A stretch of DNA of 64,000 nt from Octopus sinensis. Its lineage: Eukaryota. Position 1 is the stretch's first letter, and every line of letters begins with the position of its first letter. The stretch covers positions 34,720,001 to 34,784,000 of the forward strand of contig NC_042998.1 of the NCBI RefSeq assembly GCF_006345805.1. Reading direction: 5' to 3'. Below, one piece after another: positions 25,716 through 38,783 of the stretch. The notes beneath the pieces were generated by a model. The model was not told the DNA's origin and ran no database searches. It was given only the letters and a program-made list of their open reading frames with translations. Position numbers and translations under genes: made by a program.

Positions 25716-26210
25716 GTGTATAACATCTTGAGAAACCGTACTATGACCAATATCCGTCTATTGAACTGCTATGTCTACCTTGTGTTAATGTTTGGAAGTG
25801 AGGCATGGTCTATAGGATCAGAAATGAAAAGGTGCTTGGAGGGCTGTGCAATGTGGTTCTTAAGGAGAGTATAGAGGATGACATGGATAGACAAAGCGTC
25901 TAAAGAAGAAGTGGCGACCTGGGATGCCGTAAATAGGAAACTGCTTTGTGAGATAAAGGCCAAGCAACTGAGATTTCTTGGACATGTGATAAGGAAATAG
26001 GCCCTGAAGGATTTAGGGATGACTAGAAAGATTGGAGGGAAAAGAAGTTGAGGAAGGAGAAGGATGATATGGATGTCAAACCTCATGAATTGGCTGGAAG
26101 AAAGAGGTAATAAGAATCAAGAAGTGGAACTGTTACAGAAAAAGAACAGAGAATTGTGACAGGACATGATCGCCAATGGCCTATATGTTGGACATGGCAC
26201 CTAAAAGAAG
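25716..26210 (+). mobile_element. RTE-clade LINE 3' fragment (second family)
   Basis: IRLLNCYVYLVLMFGSEAW...KQLRFLGHVIRK...KIGGKRS*GRRRMIW, ending near a GAAG-rich tail. Confidence 0.8.
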
Positions 26211-26549
26211 TGATGGTGTGGGAGCTTCATGAGATCCAAAATAGGTTGTGTGCATTGAAGTAACGACTGATGGTAGCTGCAGACATAAGTAGGTGAAGTA
26301 GCTTACCCCAACCCATGACGAGTGAAATTGAGCAAAGTTGAGCGATGTCGAGCGAAGTCGAGCGAGTTGAAGCTTAGAGGCAGCCAATGAACTTAGAAGA
26401 TTTAAAAGACAGATTCGGAACACATGAATATTTATAGATAAAAAAGGAAACGGCAGCCGTTTCCTGGATCACATCCTCGGTTGGGCATTTTATAAATAAT
26501 GCTTATAAGGCGCGCGCAGCTCTCTAATCCGTGTGAAAGGATATATCTT

Positions 26550-26661
<112 letters not shown>

Positions 26662-27815
26662 TGGAGAGAAATTAGAAACAGAGAGAAAAGGAGGATGAAT
26701 AACATTGTGCCTCCCTAAGAAAGAATAGGGTTTCTAAAAAATGAATAATAACCAGTTCTCCATGTATGAATAAGATTCACCTGATTTATGAATAAAATCC
26801 AAAAAAAGGAGAACCCGATTCGGCAGTCGAAGACACCCTTAGTTTATTCTACAGCCTTGATTAAGATACAAAAACTGCAAATATTTTTCACCGCTAGTTT
26901 TCCACACACTGTACTTCACTGGTAAAAGCATAAATGATTTAAACAATATTTATTCCTGAACTTCAAATTATCCCACATATAATACTTTAATTTATTCAAG
27001 AGACAAGAGGAATTTTTCAAATGCGTATGTGTCAAAATTTATAACCATCATAAGATTATGTTCTGATGTTCCTAGACGAACTTGATTTGATATTTTTAAG
27101 TGTTTTAAAATTGATACATTAAGAGTTATCAAGAGAAATGATTTCTGAGCAATAATTAAGACTGTTTGGCTTGATTTTTTAAGAGCAATATTTCTTGCAT
27201 CATGCCAATAACATGCAACGAGTAGATCATGAGATCAATAATATATTAATGCCATCCGTTGAGTCAGGGAATTGAGATCTCATTTCGGTCAAATTAATCT
27301 TCCATCCATTGGCATTTGATCATGTCAATAATATGCAGAAGGCAGTTTAATAAATAAAAATAAAGTGACACACTTTGCTAATATTTGTTGCCAGCCACTT
27401 TATAGTCTCAGGAGAGTTATTAGGCTTGGTGGCACAGGCGTCGGAAGTGGGCTGCTGACGTAAAACTGGAGATAGGTGACCCTTGTCTCAAGTCATTAGG
27501 GCTCATTCGACAACTGGGTAGTGTAAGGAGGTGGTCAACAGCAATTAAAAGAATCCATTGTAATCAGGTATTTTGGATTTTCAATTTTCCTAACACAAAT
27601 TGGTAGCAAGATGAATTTAAAATGCAATGCTTACAAGGATTTCAACAGAGTAGTTTGTATATCACATATTAAAAAATGCTTGAAATATCAACCGAAAGGC
27701 AAAAATCATATTGTCTTTAGTTGGAAAAGAAATCATCTTCAATGGCGTACTACAAATATTCAAACAGGTTTCTTGTACATTATACTTTGCCAAAGTTGGT
27801 AATTATTTGGTTACT

Positions 27816-27821
27816 TTTATT
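27816..27821 (-). promoter_or_regulatory. Candidate polyadenylation signal AATAAA
   Basis: About 60 nt downstream of the ORF stop codon. Confidence 0.35.
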
Positions 27822-27879
27822 GATGTTACAGCACATCCTCCTCAATATATTCTTGTGTAGCCATTAATGTTGAAAAATG

Positions 27880-28425
27880 TTAATCAGTACTTGGTTGTAA
27901 GCATCTATATAGCGGTAAACATGTGAAAGAAAGTCCTTGCTCTTTGTTTAAAAGTATAATGTCTTTGTAGAACCCGTTAAGCATATTCCATTTTTCGTTG
28001 ATATTGAACATTATTCTATGAAGTTTTTTTTGTGAGGAGTTCAAATCCACTAAAACGTGATATATGCGGTTCAGGATTCGTAAGTTGTTTTTAATAGAAT
28101 TCATCTCCCAAATGATATTTTTTAAGGATTTCCTGGGAATACGATTGTTCCTACAAAGGGCTATAGAAACTAGCTCTACTTCTATTACCTTAATGGAGTC
28201 ATTAACAACAGTTGCACCAGTTTCTATTTGTCTCACCAGCAAGACATACTTCCTGATATCAGAGTAAAAAAAATTATCTAAGTTATCAATGGCGTCGATA
28301 TCGTAGGCTAACTCTTTCCATTGTAAATTGTAATTTGTATCTCGAAAATCTTCTTGTGAAGTGTTCTTCTCCTTGTCACGAACTCTGGACTTTTTGCCAT
28401 AAATAGGATTTAGTAAAAAACTCAT
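27880..28425 (-). CDS. Candidate single-exon orphan protein, 181 aa (MSFLLNPIYGKK...CLQPSTD)
   Basis: Longest non-repetitive ORF in the window, uninterrupted in AT-rich DNA. It has the first ATG after a TATA/Inr pair and AATAAA ~60 nt after the stop. No homologue recognised. Confidence 0.5.
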   Translation of the reverse strand: MSFLLNPIYGKKSRVRDKEKNTSQEDFRDTNYNLQWKELAYDIDAIDNLDNFFYSDIRKYVLLVRQIETGATVVNDSIKVIEVELVSIALCRNNRIPRKSLKNIIWEMNSIKNNLRILNRIYHVLVDLNSSQKKLHRIMFNINEKWNMLNGFYKDIILLNKEQGLSFTCLPLYRCLQPSTD

Positions 28426-28573
28426 ACTACGACACTTACGCGTAGTAAAATGACAAAGAAATAGATTGCAATTATTATGAAGATGATACGGATGGCGTGA
28501 ATGATGATGATGATAATGATGTGAAGGAGGAGAAGGAGGAGGAGGGGGAAGCAGAAGCGAAGGAAGGGAAGAT

Positions 28574-28607
28574 AATGACAATGTCAATAATATTAGCTTT
28601 TTTTATA
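28574..28607 (-). promoter_or_regulatory. TATA box plus initiator-like TCATT
   Basis: Minus-strand TATAAAA at 28607-28601 and TCATT at 28578-28574, a ~31-nt spacing. AT-rich context makes a chance match possible. Confidence 0.4.
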
Positions 28608-29488
28608 GTTGTTAGTCGATCAATCCCACGAGAATTGTTGGATTAAAACATTTATTTTATGTGGATGCAACTTTTTTTTTATACGATATACGAAAGTATA
28701 GTTGAAAGTTATAGAAAATGAAATCTTTTTCTCTTTTTTTTTTGACTTTGTAATTGTTTTTTGTCAAGACGTCAGTGGTAACATTTCGTCACAAGAGAAG
28801 GAAAATTATTGAGTCATAAAATGTTACTTAGCTCTAAATTCTTCACTAAGTAAACAATGTCTATAGAATTGGAAATAAAGATGCAATAAAATGACAAAAA
28901 AAAAAGAGTGACATTTAACCGTGAAAAAAGGATAAACAATATCATTTACTAACGTTTAATTTTCCAAATTTTGTTACAAAATCACGATTTTTCAAATACG
29001 TCTAAAAATAGTGTATAAATGTTTTGTTGCAATCTATTTTTGATGCTCATCTCATAGACTATACTCAGAAGAAACGTCAATGCTATTCCTTTTCGAGAGA
29101 ACTGTGATGTCCAAAAGGGACCTTGGCGGAGTCGGTGAGCAGAATTTTATAAAATAAGGGAGCTTTCAGTCGCAAGCAGATGGTAGGGCGATCTTTTGAT
29201 TGCACGGAAATATGCTTTTCATTAATCTATTAATTATGCTGAGACTTGAAAAGAGAAATGTTTGTTATTGTTGTTTTCTTACTGTTTAACTCCATGTCCG
29301 TCCTAAACGAACAGTCAAATTATGAAAGACGTTCCAGCGCTGACCACCCCATTTTTTAGGAGCATCGTCCCTCAAGACACCAAAACCTTTCGCCTACGAG
29401 CCCTACTCTGAAAGAAAATGAAAGAAACCTCTCATATATATATATATATAATATATATATATAATATATATATATAATATATATATAT

Positions 29489-29790
29489 ATCACGTGACTG
29501 ACCAGACCATCAGATGTTGCTACACATCGCTAGTCACAATGCGTTTTGCACTGTTTTAGCCTTCGAATGACGCCACCCCGCAGGCTAAGCGAGCAGGCCA
29601 ACAGAAGAAAGAGTGAAAGAAAGAGTGGTGAAAGAGTACAGCAGGGATCAACCCCACCCCCTGCCGGAGCCTCGTGGAGCTTTTAGGTGTTTTCGCTCAA
29701 TAAACACTCACGACGCCCGGTCTGGGAATCGAAACCGCGATCCTACGACCGCGAGTCCGCTGCCCTAACCACAGGGCCATTGCGCCTCCA
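29489..29790 (-). mobile_element. tRNA-derived SINE (head C, tail 4)
   Basis: Head matches 62296. The 3' part differs and partly matches 44030-44090. Confidence 0.85.
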
Positions 29791-29795
29791 CACAC

Positions 29796-29841
<46 letters not shown>

Positions 29842-29872
29842 GTTTAGAAATGGATGCGTGCGTTCCGTCATA

Positions 29873-30340
29873 TAATAAATTAATAAATAAAACATATGCA
29901 TATATACATACATATATGTACGTATCTACCTCTACACGTATATATACACGCATATATGGGTACAGGACACCAAAAAAAAAAAACGTCGAACACAATGAGA
30001 AACGAAAACATAAACACAAAACCAAGGAACTGGACATTTTTCTTAAACAACAAAAAAATAGAGTACAGGACAAATAACACAAGGAAAATTCCCCTTCTTC
30101 TTCGAAACGCAGAGTAGATGAAACCATGGCGATTGAAGAAGGGGAATTTTCCTTGTGTTATTTGTCCTGTACTCTATTTTTGTTGTTGTTTAAGAAAAAT
30201 GTCCAGTTCCTTGGTTTTATGTTTATATTTTCGTTTCTCATTGTGTCCTGTACCCATATATGCGTGTATATATACATGTAGAGGTAGGTACGTACATATA
30301 TGTATGTATATATGCATATGTTTTATTTATCAATTTATTA
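29873..30340. repeat. Long near-perfect palindrome (arms ~205-228 bp, 34-bp spacer)
   Basis: 29873-30100 is the reverse complement of 30135-30340, except for a 23-bp segment missing from the right arm. Confidence 0.95.
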
Positions 30341-30388
30341 CATTTACGTATACATACACACACACACATACACACATATATATATATA

Positions 30389-31005
30389 CAGTGCTACCTC
30401 ACAGTACGAGTTTAATTCGTTCCATGACTGAGCTTGTCTTACGATTTACTCGTTTTACAAATCAATTTTCCCCATTGAAATTAACTAAAATATAATTAAA
30501 TCCGTTCCAGCCATTCAAAACCACCCAAAAATAATTTTTAGGGGTTTTAAAACAGAAAAGGTGTAGTTACAAGTAAAAGTACGATTATAAAAAAAGTGAA
30601 TGCAAAAGAAATATGTAAACTGGTTTTATAAACTGAATTATTTTAAACACGGGACGATATGTGCGCGAGGAATACGATAGAGGCGGAGAGGAGGGGGATT
30701 ACTGTTAGGAAGGAGATTCTGCTTCCATTAAGACTTCAGGAAGAACAATTTCTGGCGTTTACTCTCTCACTGCGCTTAAATCCTGAAGGAGAAGCATCAG
30801 GTCATGTGGAGGGCAAACTTTAAAGCCTGGGTCACCAGGCAATTCTTCTCTGAGTGGGTTAACCTTGTCTTCGGACCAGGAGTGAAAAAGTACCTTCTGG
30901 AGAACAGTCTTCCTCTCAAGGCCCTTCTCGTTCTCGACAATGCTCCTGCTCCCCCTTCTAACCCCGAAGACGATATCCTGGACGAATTTAAATTCATAAA
31001 AGTTT
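30389..31005 (+). mobile_element. pogo/Tigger-like transposon left part
   Basis: TA|CAGTGCTACCTCACAGTACGAG terminus and WRANFKAWVTRQFF...LLVLDNAPA (CENP-B-type DDE). Confidence 0.8.
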
Positions 31006-31525
31006 ATTCACTTTTTACGCTTGCAGGTCGTTTCATTAGAAACATATCAAAAGAAATCTGCTTTTTCCTGCCTTTCAAAATGATACGAAAATGCGCCGCC
31101 AGAGCATAGTCATTAAATAAAACAGTTGCACGAGCTGTTGCTACTTTTTCAGGATAATAGTTTTTTTTATGAATTCAGAGACATACTATCACTTCGCCAA
31201 CGCTGCCTTTATGTCAGTCGTAGAGATAGAATTCTCCGCTACACTGTCCTCCTCCGGGGAACCAATCTCTTCCACCGCATCCAAATGTTGCTGCTTCTGA
31301 AGCTGCAAGAGTTCATCTGTCGTCAGTTTCTCTTGAGTAGTCCTCGACAAAATCGTTAATGTCCCCATCATCAACATCGATGCCAATGGACTTGCCAAGC
31401 GATACTATCTCCTCGACTACAGGTGTCTCAAACTTAAAACTCCTCGAAGTCTCTTTCGGATACGCAGTCAGGCCACAGTTTCCTTCATGCAGAATTCAGC
31501 GTTCTCCTCGTTACATCCTGCCAGG
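31006..31525 (-). mobile_element. pogo/Tigger transposase C-terminal part, inverted
   Basis: Minus strand: VVEEIVSLGKSIGIDVDDGDI / EKLTTDELLQLQKQQH / PEKVATARATVLFNDY...KGRKKQISFD. Confidence 0.75.
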
Positions 31526-32324
31526 CCATATCGATGATATATATACATATATATTATGTATAGCTAAAACTTACTTGGAAGAGGATGCGTTAGATACTTA
31601 AGTTGAAGCAGCGGTATTATCCGTAGAATTTCAAGATTTGATAAACAAGACTAATAAATTAAAATTGACCCAAAAATCAGTGACAAAAACAAATTTTTTT
31701 CCCTGATGTCTTAGAAACTTCTAAGCTGAAGTGAAAACAGCATGAACTTTGTCTTCTTACCCTCTCAGAGGATTTAAGTAAAATTTTACAAATATGTCCG
31801 ACTGATTAAATAAATTCTATTTATTCACGCAGCTGAGGAGAGCCCTGCATTTAAATTGATGTAAGGATTGCATTGTTCAATTAAATGGAGCCGCTTGAAA
31901 CGGTCGTACTGCATCACCTCTGGATATCCCGTTACTTATTTTGATATATATACACATACATGTGCGTGCTTGTGTGTATGTTTGTCTTCCTCTCACCGCT
32001 TGATAACTGGTACTGATGTGTCTACGTCCTCGTAACTTAACGGTTCAGCAAAAGGTACCAACAGAATAGATACCAGGCTTTAAAAAAATAAGTTCTGGGT
32101 CGATTCATTCTTCAAGGCCGCGCTGAAGCATGGCCGTAGTGCTTTGACTGAATCGAGTAAAAGGCAGGCGATACTATTAGCTTTCAATGCACAAAATATA
32201 GAAACTTCTATTGTAAATTACGTGTTTTATAGAGTTGGGTACTTGACAATCGATATGGAGTCATGGAGACAGGGGCAGTTTACCTGCATCAGTTGTAAAC
32301 TACTGAATTAGAATATACTTGAAT

Positions 32325-32486
32325 ATAGGCTCAGACGTGGCTGTGTGGTAAGAAGCTTGCTTCTCAGCCACATGGTTCCGGGTTCAGTTCCATTGCATAG
32401 CACCTTGGGCAAGTGCCTTCTATTATAGCCTCGGGCCGACCAAAGTCTTGTGAGTGGATTTGGAAGACGGAAACTGAAAGAAGCCC

Positions 32487-32526
<40 letters not shown>

Positions 32527-32725
32527 TGGTGGGTCTGTATTTGTCCCCCCACCATTGCTTGACAACCTATGTTGGTGTGTTTACGTCCCCGTAACTTGAC
32601 GGTTCGGCAAAAGAGATTAAGTACTAGGCTTACAAATAATAAGTTCTGGGGTCGATTTCTTTGACTAAAGGCGTTGCTCCAACATGGCCGCATTCAAATT
32701 GACTGAAACAAGTAAAAGAAAAGAA
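32325..32725 (+). mobile_element. SINE family B
   Basis: Colinear with the other B copies. Confidence 0.85.
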
Positions 32726-34129
32726 TATATGAGAAAAAGGCGGTGCGCTGGCAGAACAGTTACTGTGCCGGACGAAATGCTTAGCGACATTTCGTCCGTC
32801 TTTACGTTTGGAGTTCATATTCCGTCGAGGTTGACATTGCTTTTCATCCCTTTGGGGTCGATAAAATAAGTACCAGTTGTTCACTAGGTCGATTTAATCG
32901 ACTTAATCTCTTTACCGAAATTGCTGGCATTGTGTCAAGATTTGAAACTAATATTACAATAGGAGAATATGGTTCACTAATATTCATTTACTTAATCTTT
33001 TGAACAAAAGACTAATTTGTTGGTTTGATGTCTTAAGTCTAGAATCTTGTGTTTAACTTATCAATTAACTACAGGAAAAGAAATTTACAAAACGTCCGAA
33101 GTATTTCCGTTCTTTCCAAAAACCACAGAGGAATTATTCTTTCAATGGAACATTCTCTACTCCACTCTCAATATTTTATCTCTTTCCTTCATTTTCTTCG
33201 ACTTCCACACTTCCACCGGTCTCTCTCTCTCTATTGACTACAGATGGTGAAGTTTTCTCTTAGATTGCTGAACTACCAGCGGTGGGTCAACATTTTGTCC
33301 CCTTTACTGATTCTACACTATGTAACCAAGCAAATTTGCACCGTTTAATCCCCCCAAGTCGTATATAAGTACCAGAAGAATGTACAACGAACAGATTTAA
33401 GAAACAGGGATACTAACGCCTTATAGTACATTGTGTTTAATTTAAGCATTCCAATATATATTCTTAGAATACTAGAGAAACATGCTATGAATTCAATCCT
33501 GTAAAAATGTTTTGTACTATTCTGTACTAGTTTCGGCTATTACAATTTGTATTCTATAAATATTATATTAATCATAGATTCATAGTGACATTTTAATGCA
33601 AACTTCTATACGATAATTTAATCAATGATGCAAACGCAAAACTAATTCTAGAAAGAATTTTCAAACACCACGGTTTTTTCTGAGAAGCTGATAACACAAT
33701 AGCTTTTGAAGTGGAAGGATTATTTGATAAAGTCAGTGTTTTCTGACAATAAGGCAAACAGATTCACTAGATAGCAGTGAATGTAGAGCGTTCTCTATTC
33801 TCATAAGTAAAATTTCTTTAAAAAAGTAAAAACCTTTATTTCAAATAATACTTTCCTTAAGATACTTTAAGCTTTCAGTAATTTTTGTTTACATGAGAGG
33901 AAACGGAAAAGAGAAATAACGTTGATGTCTTTAACAAAGATTTCAGCGATGTGAATGAAATGAAATAACTTCAATTGGAAAAAATAAAAAATCCGGATCA
34001 TGGATTTGATTGACATAAAGGATTATCTGCTCAGAACTCATCACGAGGTTTTATACAATTATATATATACATACATACATATACATATATATACATATAT
34101 ACATACATACGTACATATACATATATATG

Positions 34130-34163
<34 letters not shown>

Positions 34164-34224
34164 ATAATATATATATATATAATATATTATATATAATATA
34201 TATATATATATATAACATACATAC

Positions 34225-34268
<44 letters not shown>

Positions 34269-34695
34269 ATAGGATAAAATCGTTATTTGATGATTTATCA
34301 GTGGCCAACATACTCAAAATCCCATAATGGTTAATTTATATTACAATTATAATAAGGGGCTGAATGATTACAACGCCGGTCTGCTAGAAATAGACCCCAA
34401 CTGGTCTACGAACCACTTAGATTATTGCCCCACCATACAAGGTTGTAAGCGAGGAAATAGACAGCGAGGTTTATAGAATAACTTGGATAGTCCCAAATTT
34501 ATAGATTTCACGGTTTGAGTTATTAAAAACCCTTTCGACCATCAGTGGGAACATCCGCCCGAAACGTAAATATATGAAAAATACCTTATACATACCGCCA
34601 TAAGCACAAATAATGTACATGCATTGTGCACGTATTCACGAATTAAAATCCAAGCTCATTTCAACCATAATTTATATATATATATAATAATATAT

Positions 34696-34740
<45 letters not shown>

Positions 34741-35069
34741 TATACATATAAAAGAGATTGAATTATTAGAAGAGATTAATAGGTAAGGCAGCTGGAACTA
34801 TAATTAGAACTCTTTCATAGAAGAAGTCTAGCTCAGTCCACACTGCCCCACAACTGGTGAAGCGTACAGGCTAAGGGGCGAAACGCTTGTGACCCTGATA
34901 TACCTGCTGATAACACAGAAAGGTTTTCAGTATTGCAATGGATTTTGAAGAGCTTGCAAGATCTCTGAGTAGCTCCAGCAATTTCTGCAAGGAGCAAAGC
35001 ATCTCTGATGTTTATTTCACATATCTTGCTTACATTATTTACAATAAATAAGTCGAGGCAACGAGAGAG

Positions 35070-35103
<34 letters not shown>

Positions 35104-35238
35104 ATCTGCGTAGTTGTTCGACTGTCTAGAAATAGCAGTGAAGCTTCCCTCAACCCATAATATAAGTCTTCTTACTAGAGGTTAAATAACAACGGACCTA
35201 ACATCATCAGTAACGAATATTAATGAACAGCGATAGCA

Positions 35239-35628
35239 GTGAAGGCGCAATGGTCCCAATGGTTAGGGCAGCGGACTCGCGGTTTCGATTCCCAGACCGG
35301 ACGTTGTGTGTGTTTATTGAGTGAAAACACCTAAAGCTCCACAAAGCTCCGGCAGGGTGGGTGGGTGACGACCCCTGTTGTACTCTTTTGCTCCAACTTT
35401 CTCTCACTCTTTCTTCCTGTTTCCTGTCCCCAACTTCCTACGCAACCGCTGAGCCTGGGTGCGCATTCATCCATCCGTCGATGCTCTCGGTGTCGGGGGC
35501 TGACCTGCTTTCTCTTCTGCGGGTCTTACGAATAGCAAAGGACCACGTTTTGGACTTCTCCCACTATAGAGGCGCGATCTTACGAGCTCTGGGACGAAGA
35601 CCACTACGCTCAACAGCAACAGCGGTAG
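35239..35628 (+). mobile_element. tRNA-derived SINE (head C, tail 3)
   Basis: Head C followed by a GC-rich 3' segment not seen in other copies. The 3' boundary is uncertain. Confidence 0.7.
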
Positions 35629-36357
35629 CAATTTATCTTAAGTTGCAATTATTTCATTCTACAATTGCGGAAAATTTACCTAGACATATTGGCAGACACA
35701 TTTATCTTTCGCTTCTTTAGCTTGTTTTTGGTTTTACCTTTTTGCTTTAAACCTACAATTATCTTTATTTCTTGCAATAAACTCGTTGTTTGCAGTCAAA
35801 CCTCAAACTAAAGCAACTCTAATGTTGTTCTGGCAATTCTCCCCTGTTTTAGAAATTTCGATTTAAGATTGAGTAAATGAATAAATGCGTATGGCTCAAG
35901 GTGTATTTTTTCAATCCATTCTTGTGCGTCTGTGTTTGCACTGGCCAGCGAGTGTGTGTGTTTGGTAATATATACTCGAGTTGTTGATGTCCTCTATCTG
36001 ATTGCGATTATGCAATGAATGATTTAGTGGGCGTGCGTGGGTGTGCGTGGTTTTCCTACGTAAGAACTTTCTGCAAATTTGTCAGTGCATACGCACTCAT
36101 ATGCCTGTATATATGTTTGCCCAAGAATACATGTCGACGTGTGCTTTTCGCTTCTCTCGCTGTGTGAAATTGTTCAACGAAATGTTTATCGCACAGTTGG
36201 CATACAAAAAAATGTGAGCGCCGGACTAAATGCTTCACAAGAGTATATTTCCTTCAATGTTCTTTATTCATGTCTGTGTCGAGTATTCCTCTCATCCTTA
36301 CAGGTTCCATATCTATACATAAGTCGTAATCGTAACAGTAGTTGACAGAATATTTTG

Positions 36358-36950
36358 GAGAGCTGGCAGAATCGTTAGCACGCCGGGCGAAATACTTAAC
36401 GGTATTTTGTCTGCAGCTGCGTTCTGAGTTCAAATTCCGCCGAGGTCGACTTTGCATTTCATCCTTTCGGGGTCGATTAAATAAGTACCAGTTACGCACT
36501 GGGGTCGATATAATCGACTTAATCCGTTTGTCTGTCCTTGTTTGTCCCCTCTGTGTTTAGCCCCTTGTGGGTAGTAAAGAAATAGGTATTTCGTCTGCCG
36601 CTACGTTCTGAGTTCAAATTCCGCCGAGGTCGACTTTGCCTTTCATCCTTTCGGGGTCGATTAAATAAGTACCAGTTACGCACTGGGGTCAATATAATCG
36701 ACTTAATCCGTTTGTCTGTCCTTGTTTGTCTCCTCTGTGTTTAGCCCCTTGTGGGTAGTAAAGAAATAGGTATTTCGTCTGCCGCTACGTTCTGAGTTCA
36801 AATTCCGCCGAGGTCGACTTTGCCTTTCATCCTTTCGGGGTCGATTAAATAAGTACCAGTTGCGCACTTGAGTCAATATAATCGACTTAATCTGTTTGTC
36901 TGTCCTTGTTTGTCCCCTCTGTGTTTAGCCCCTAGTGGGTAGTAAAAAGA
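36358..36950 (+). mobile_element. SINE family A trimer
   Basis: Units start at 36402, 36586 and 36770 (184-bp period). Confidence 0.9.
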
Positions 36951-37746
36951 AAAAAAAAAACCAATATTTTGGAGAGCTGACAAAATGCCTTGCGATGTTT
37001 ATTCCGGTTTTTAAGGCGGCGAGCTGGCAGAATTCTTAGCACGCCGGACAAAATGCTTAGCGGCATTTCATCCGTCTTTAGGATCTGAGTTCAAATTCCA
37101 CCGAGGTCGAATTTACATTTCATTCTTTCGGGGTTCGATAAAGTAAGTATCAGTTGATTACTAGGGTCGCTGTAATTGACTTACCCTGTCACCCGAAATT
37201 GCCGGCCCGGTGCCAAAATTTGAAACCGGTATCTGTTCCGGTTCTTGGCATTTTCAGTTTAACTCCCATAGGGTTAGGTAAAATAAAATATCAATCCAAG
37301 GTACAGATTGACAGAATCCTTAGAACAGGGGTGTCAAACTCGGATTGAAACACGAACCAGATTCCACGGATCGGATGGAGGCAATTATTCCTAAATACCA
37401 ATTCATAATGTAGATTGTTCTTTATATTTAAGCTTTTGTCGCTTTCTTTTCATTTTACCTTCAATTTTACTTGTTATATTGGTTTCAAATTTTGGAACAA
37501 TGCCAGCAGTTTGCAGGTGGGGATAATTCAATTAAATCGACCATCCAGAGGTCAAATAGTATTTATTTATCGGCATCGAAAGGATGAAAGGCAAAGCCGA
37601 CCCCGGCGGAATTTGAATGCAGAACGTAAAGGGCGAAATACTTAGCGGTATCTTTTGCCGCTAGGCATTTCGTCCTTTACCTTCTAACCATTCTGCTAGC
37701 TCGCTGCATTACTTGCATTACCAATATTATCTTTGTCTTATATTCT

Positions 37747-38079
37747 TAACAGGAGTACTCAGAGAGAGCAAACCTCCGCTAAGGCAACACCAACACCCTC
37801 TAAACGATTAGCCAGAGACGATTTTTTAAAATGAGAATATCTGAAATAAACTGCTCTCACAAACGCGAATATTAAAAATGAACCCGACCGCTCTCAAAAA
37901 TTAAGTAAAAAGAAAAACCGGAAAAATAATCCAGAATCGGTCCGTGCCAGTCACGAGGCCAAACATCCCTGAAAGTTTCATCCGAATCCATCCAGCGGTT
38001 CTTGAGAGATCTTGTCCACGGATAAACAAACAAAGACGACCGAAAAGAATACCTCCGCCTTTGCTAAGACGGAGGTAAT
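37747..38079 (+). mobile_element. Non-autonomous Helentron/Helitron2-like element
   Basis: 5' AACCTCCGC motif, AAAC microsatellite and 3' hairpin ACCTCCG-cctttgctaaga-CGGAGGT at 38051-38076. Confidence 0.6.
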
Positions 38080-38783
38080 AATTCATTGCAGTGAACTTGT
38101 TGATATAACTACTTAGAGGTTTGTTCATTTTTATGTATTATCTTTCGCGTTTGTTGCTCTTAGTATTGTATTGTTGTTGTTGTTGTTAAGCAGTGTTTTG
38201 CTATTTACGTTGTGGCGAAATGAAAGCACCTTCAAACAGAAATGTAAAATGTGAACTTATAAAATATCTAGGAATTAATTTAAGCAACTGAAATTCAATC
38301 AGAAAATGATGTACATATATCTATTTTTCATAGCTTCAAACTTTCGTATTTTGGGGAAGAATTATTAACGTAAGTAAACACAATTCCATTGAAGAAATTA
38401 AACTGGATTGTACAAACATTTGTTTCAAATCATTCTACCATATTAATTATGGACGTCAAGTGGCGCTTTAATGAAATTGCTCGATTAAAACTGTTGATAT
38501 AATATCACTTATTAACATTGGCACACGTAGCGCATTTCAATGGAGAATACAATACGTATTTACATGGACTGCAATATATTAATGGTACGTAGCTCTAAAG
38601 AACGAAAGGTTAAGTCAATCTTAGCAGAACTTGAACGCAGATCATAATGTTTTGTACCATATGAAAAGGGATTATCCGAGGCGTGGTTATTGCTAGTTGA
38701 AAAGTGAATTAACTGCGACTAAAAATTTAAATCCATTAACACTCAGCCAATATCTATGGTGACTGTTTCAATACAGTTAAGAA

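Noticed and set aside
28426-28587. N-terminal Pro/His-rich extension of the 235-aa ORF call, and an Ile-rich signal-peptide-like alternative frame
   Set aside because: Both derive from (CCT)n/(ATC)n simple repeats, begin at a non-ATG start or have no ATG, and overlap the putative leader.
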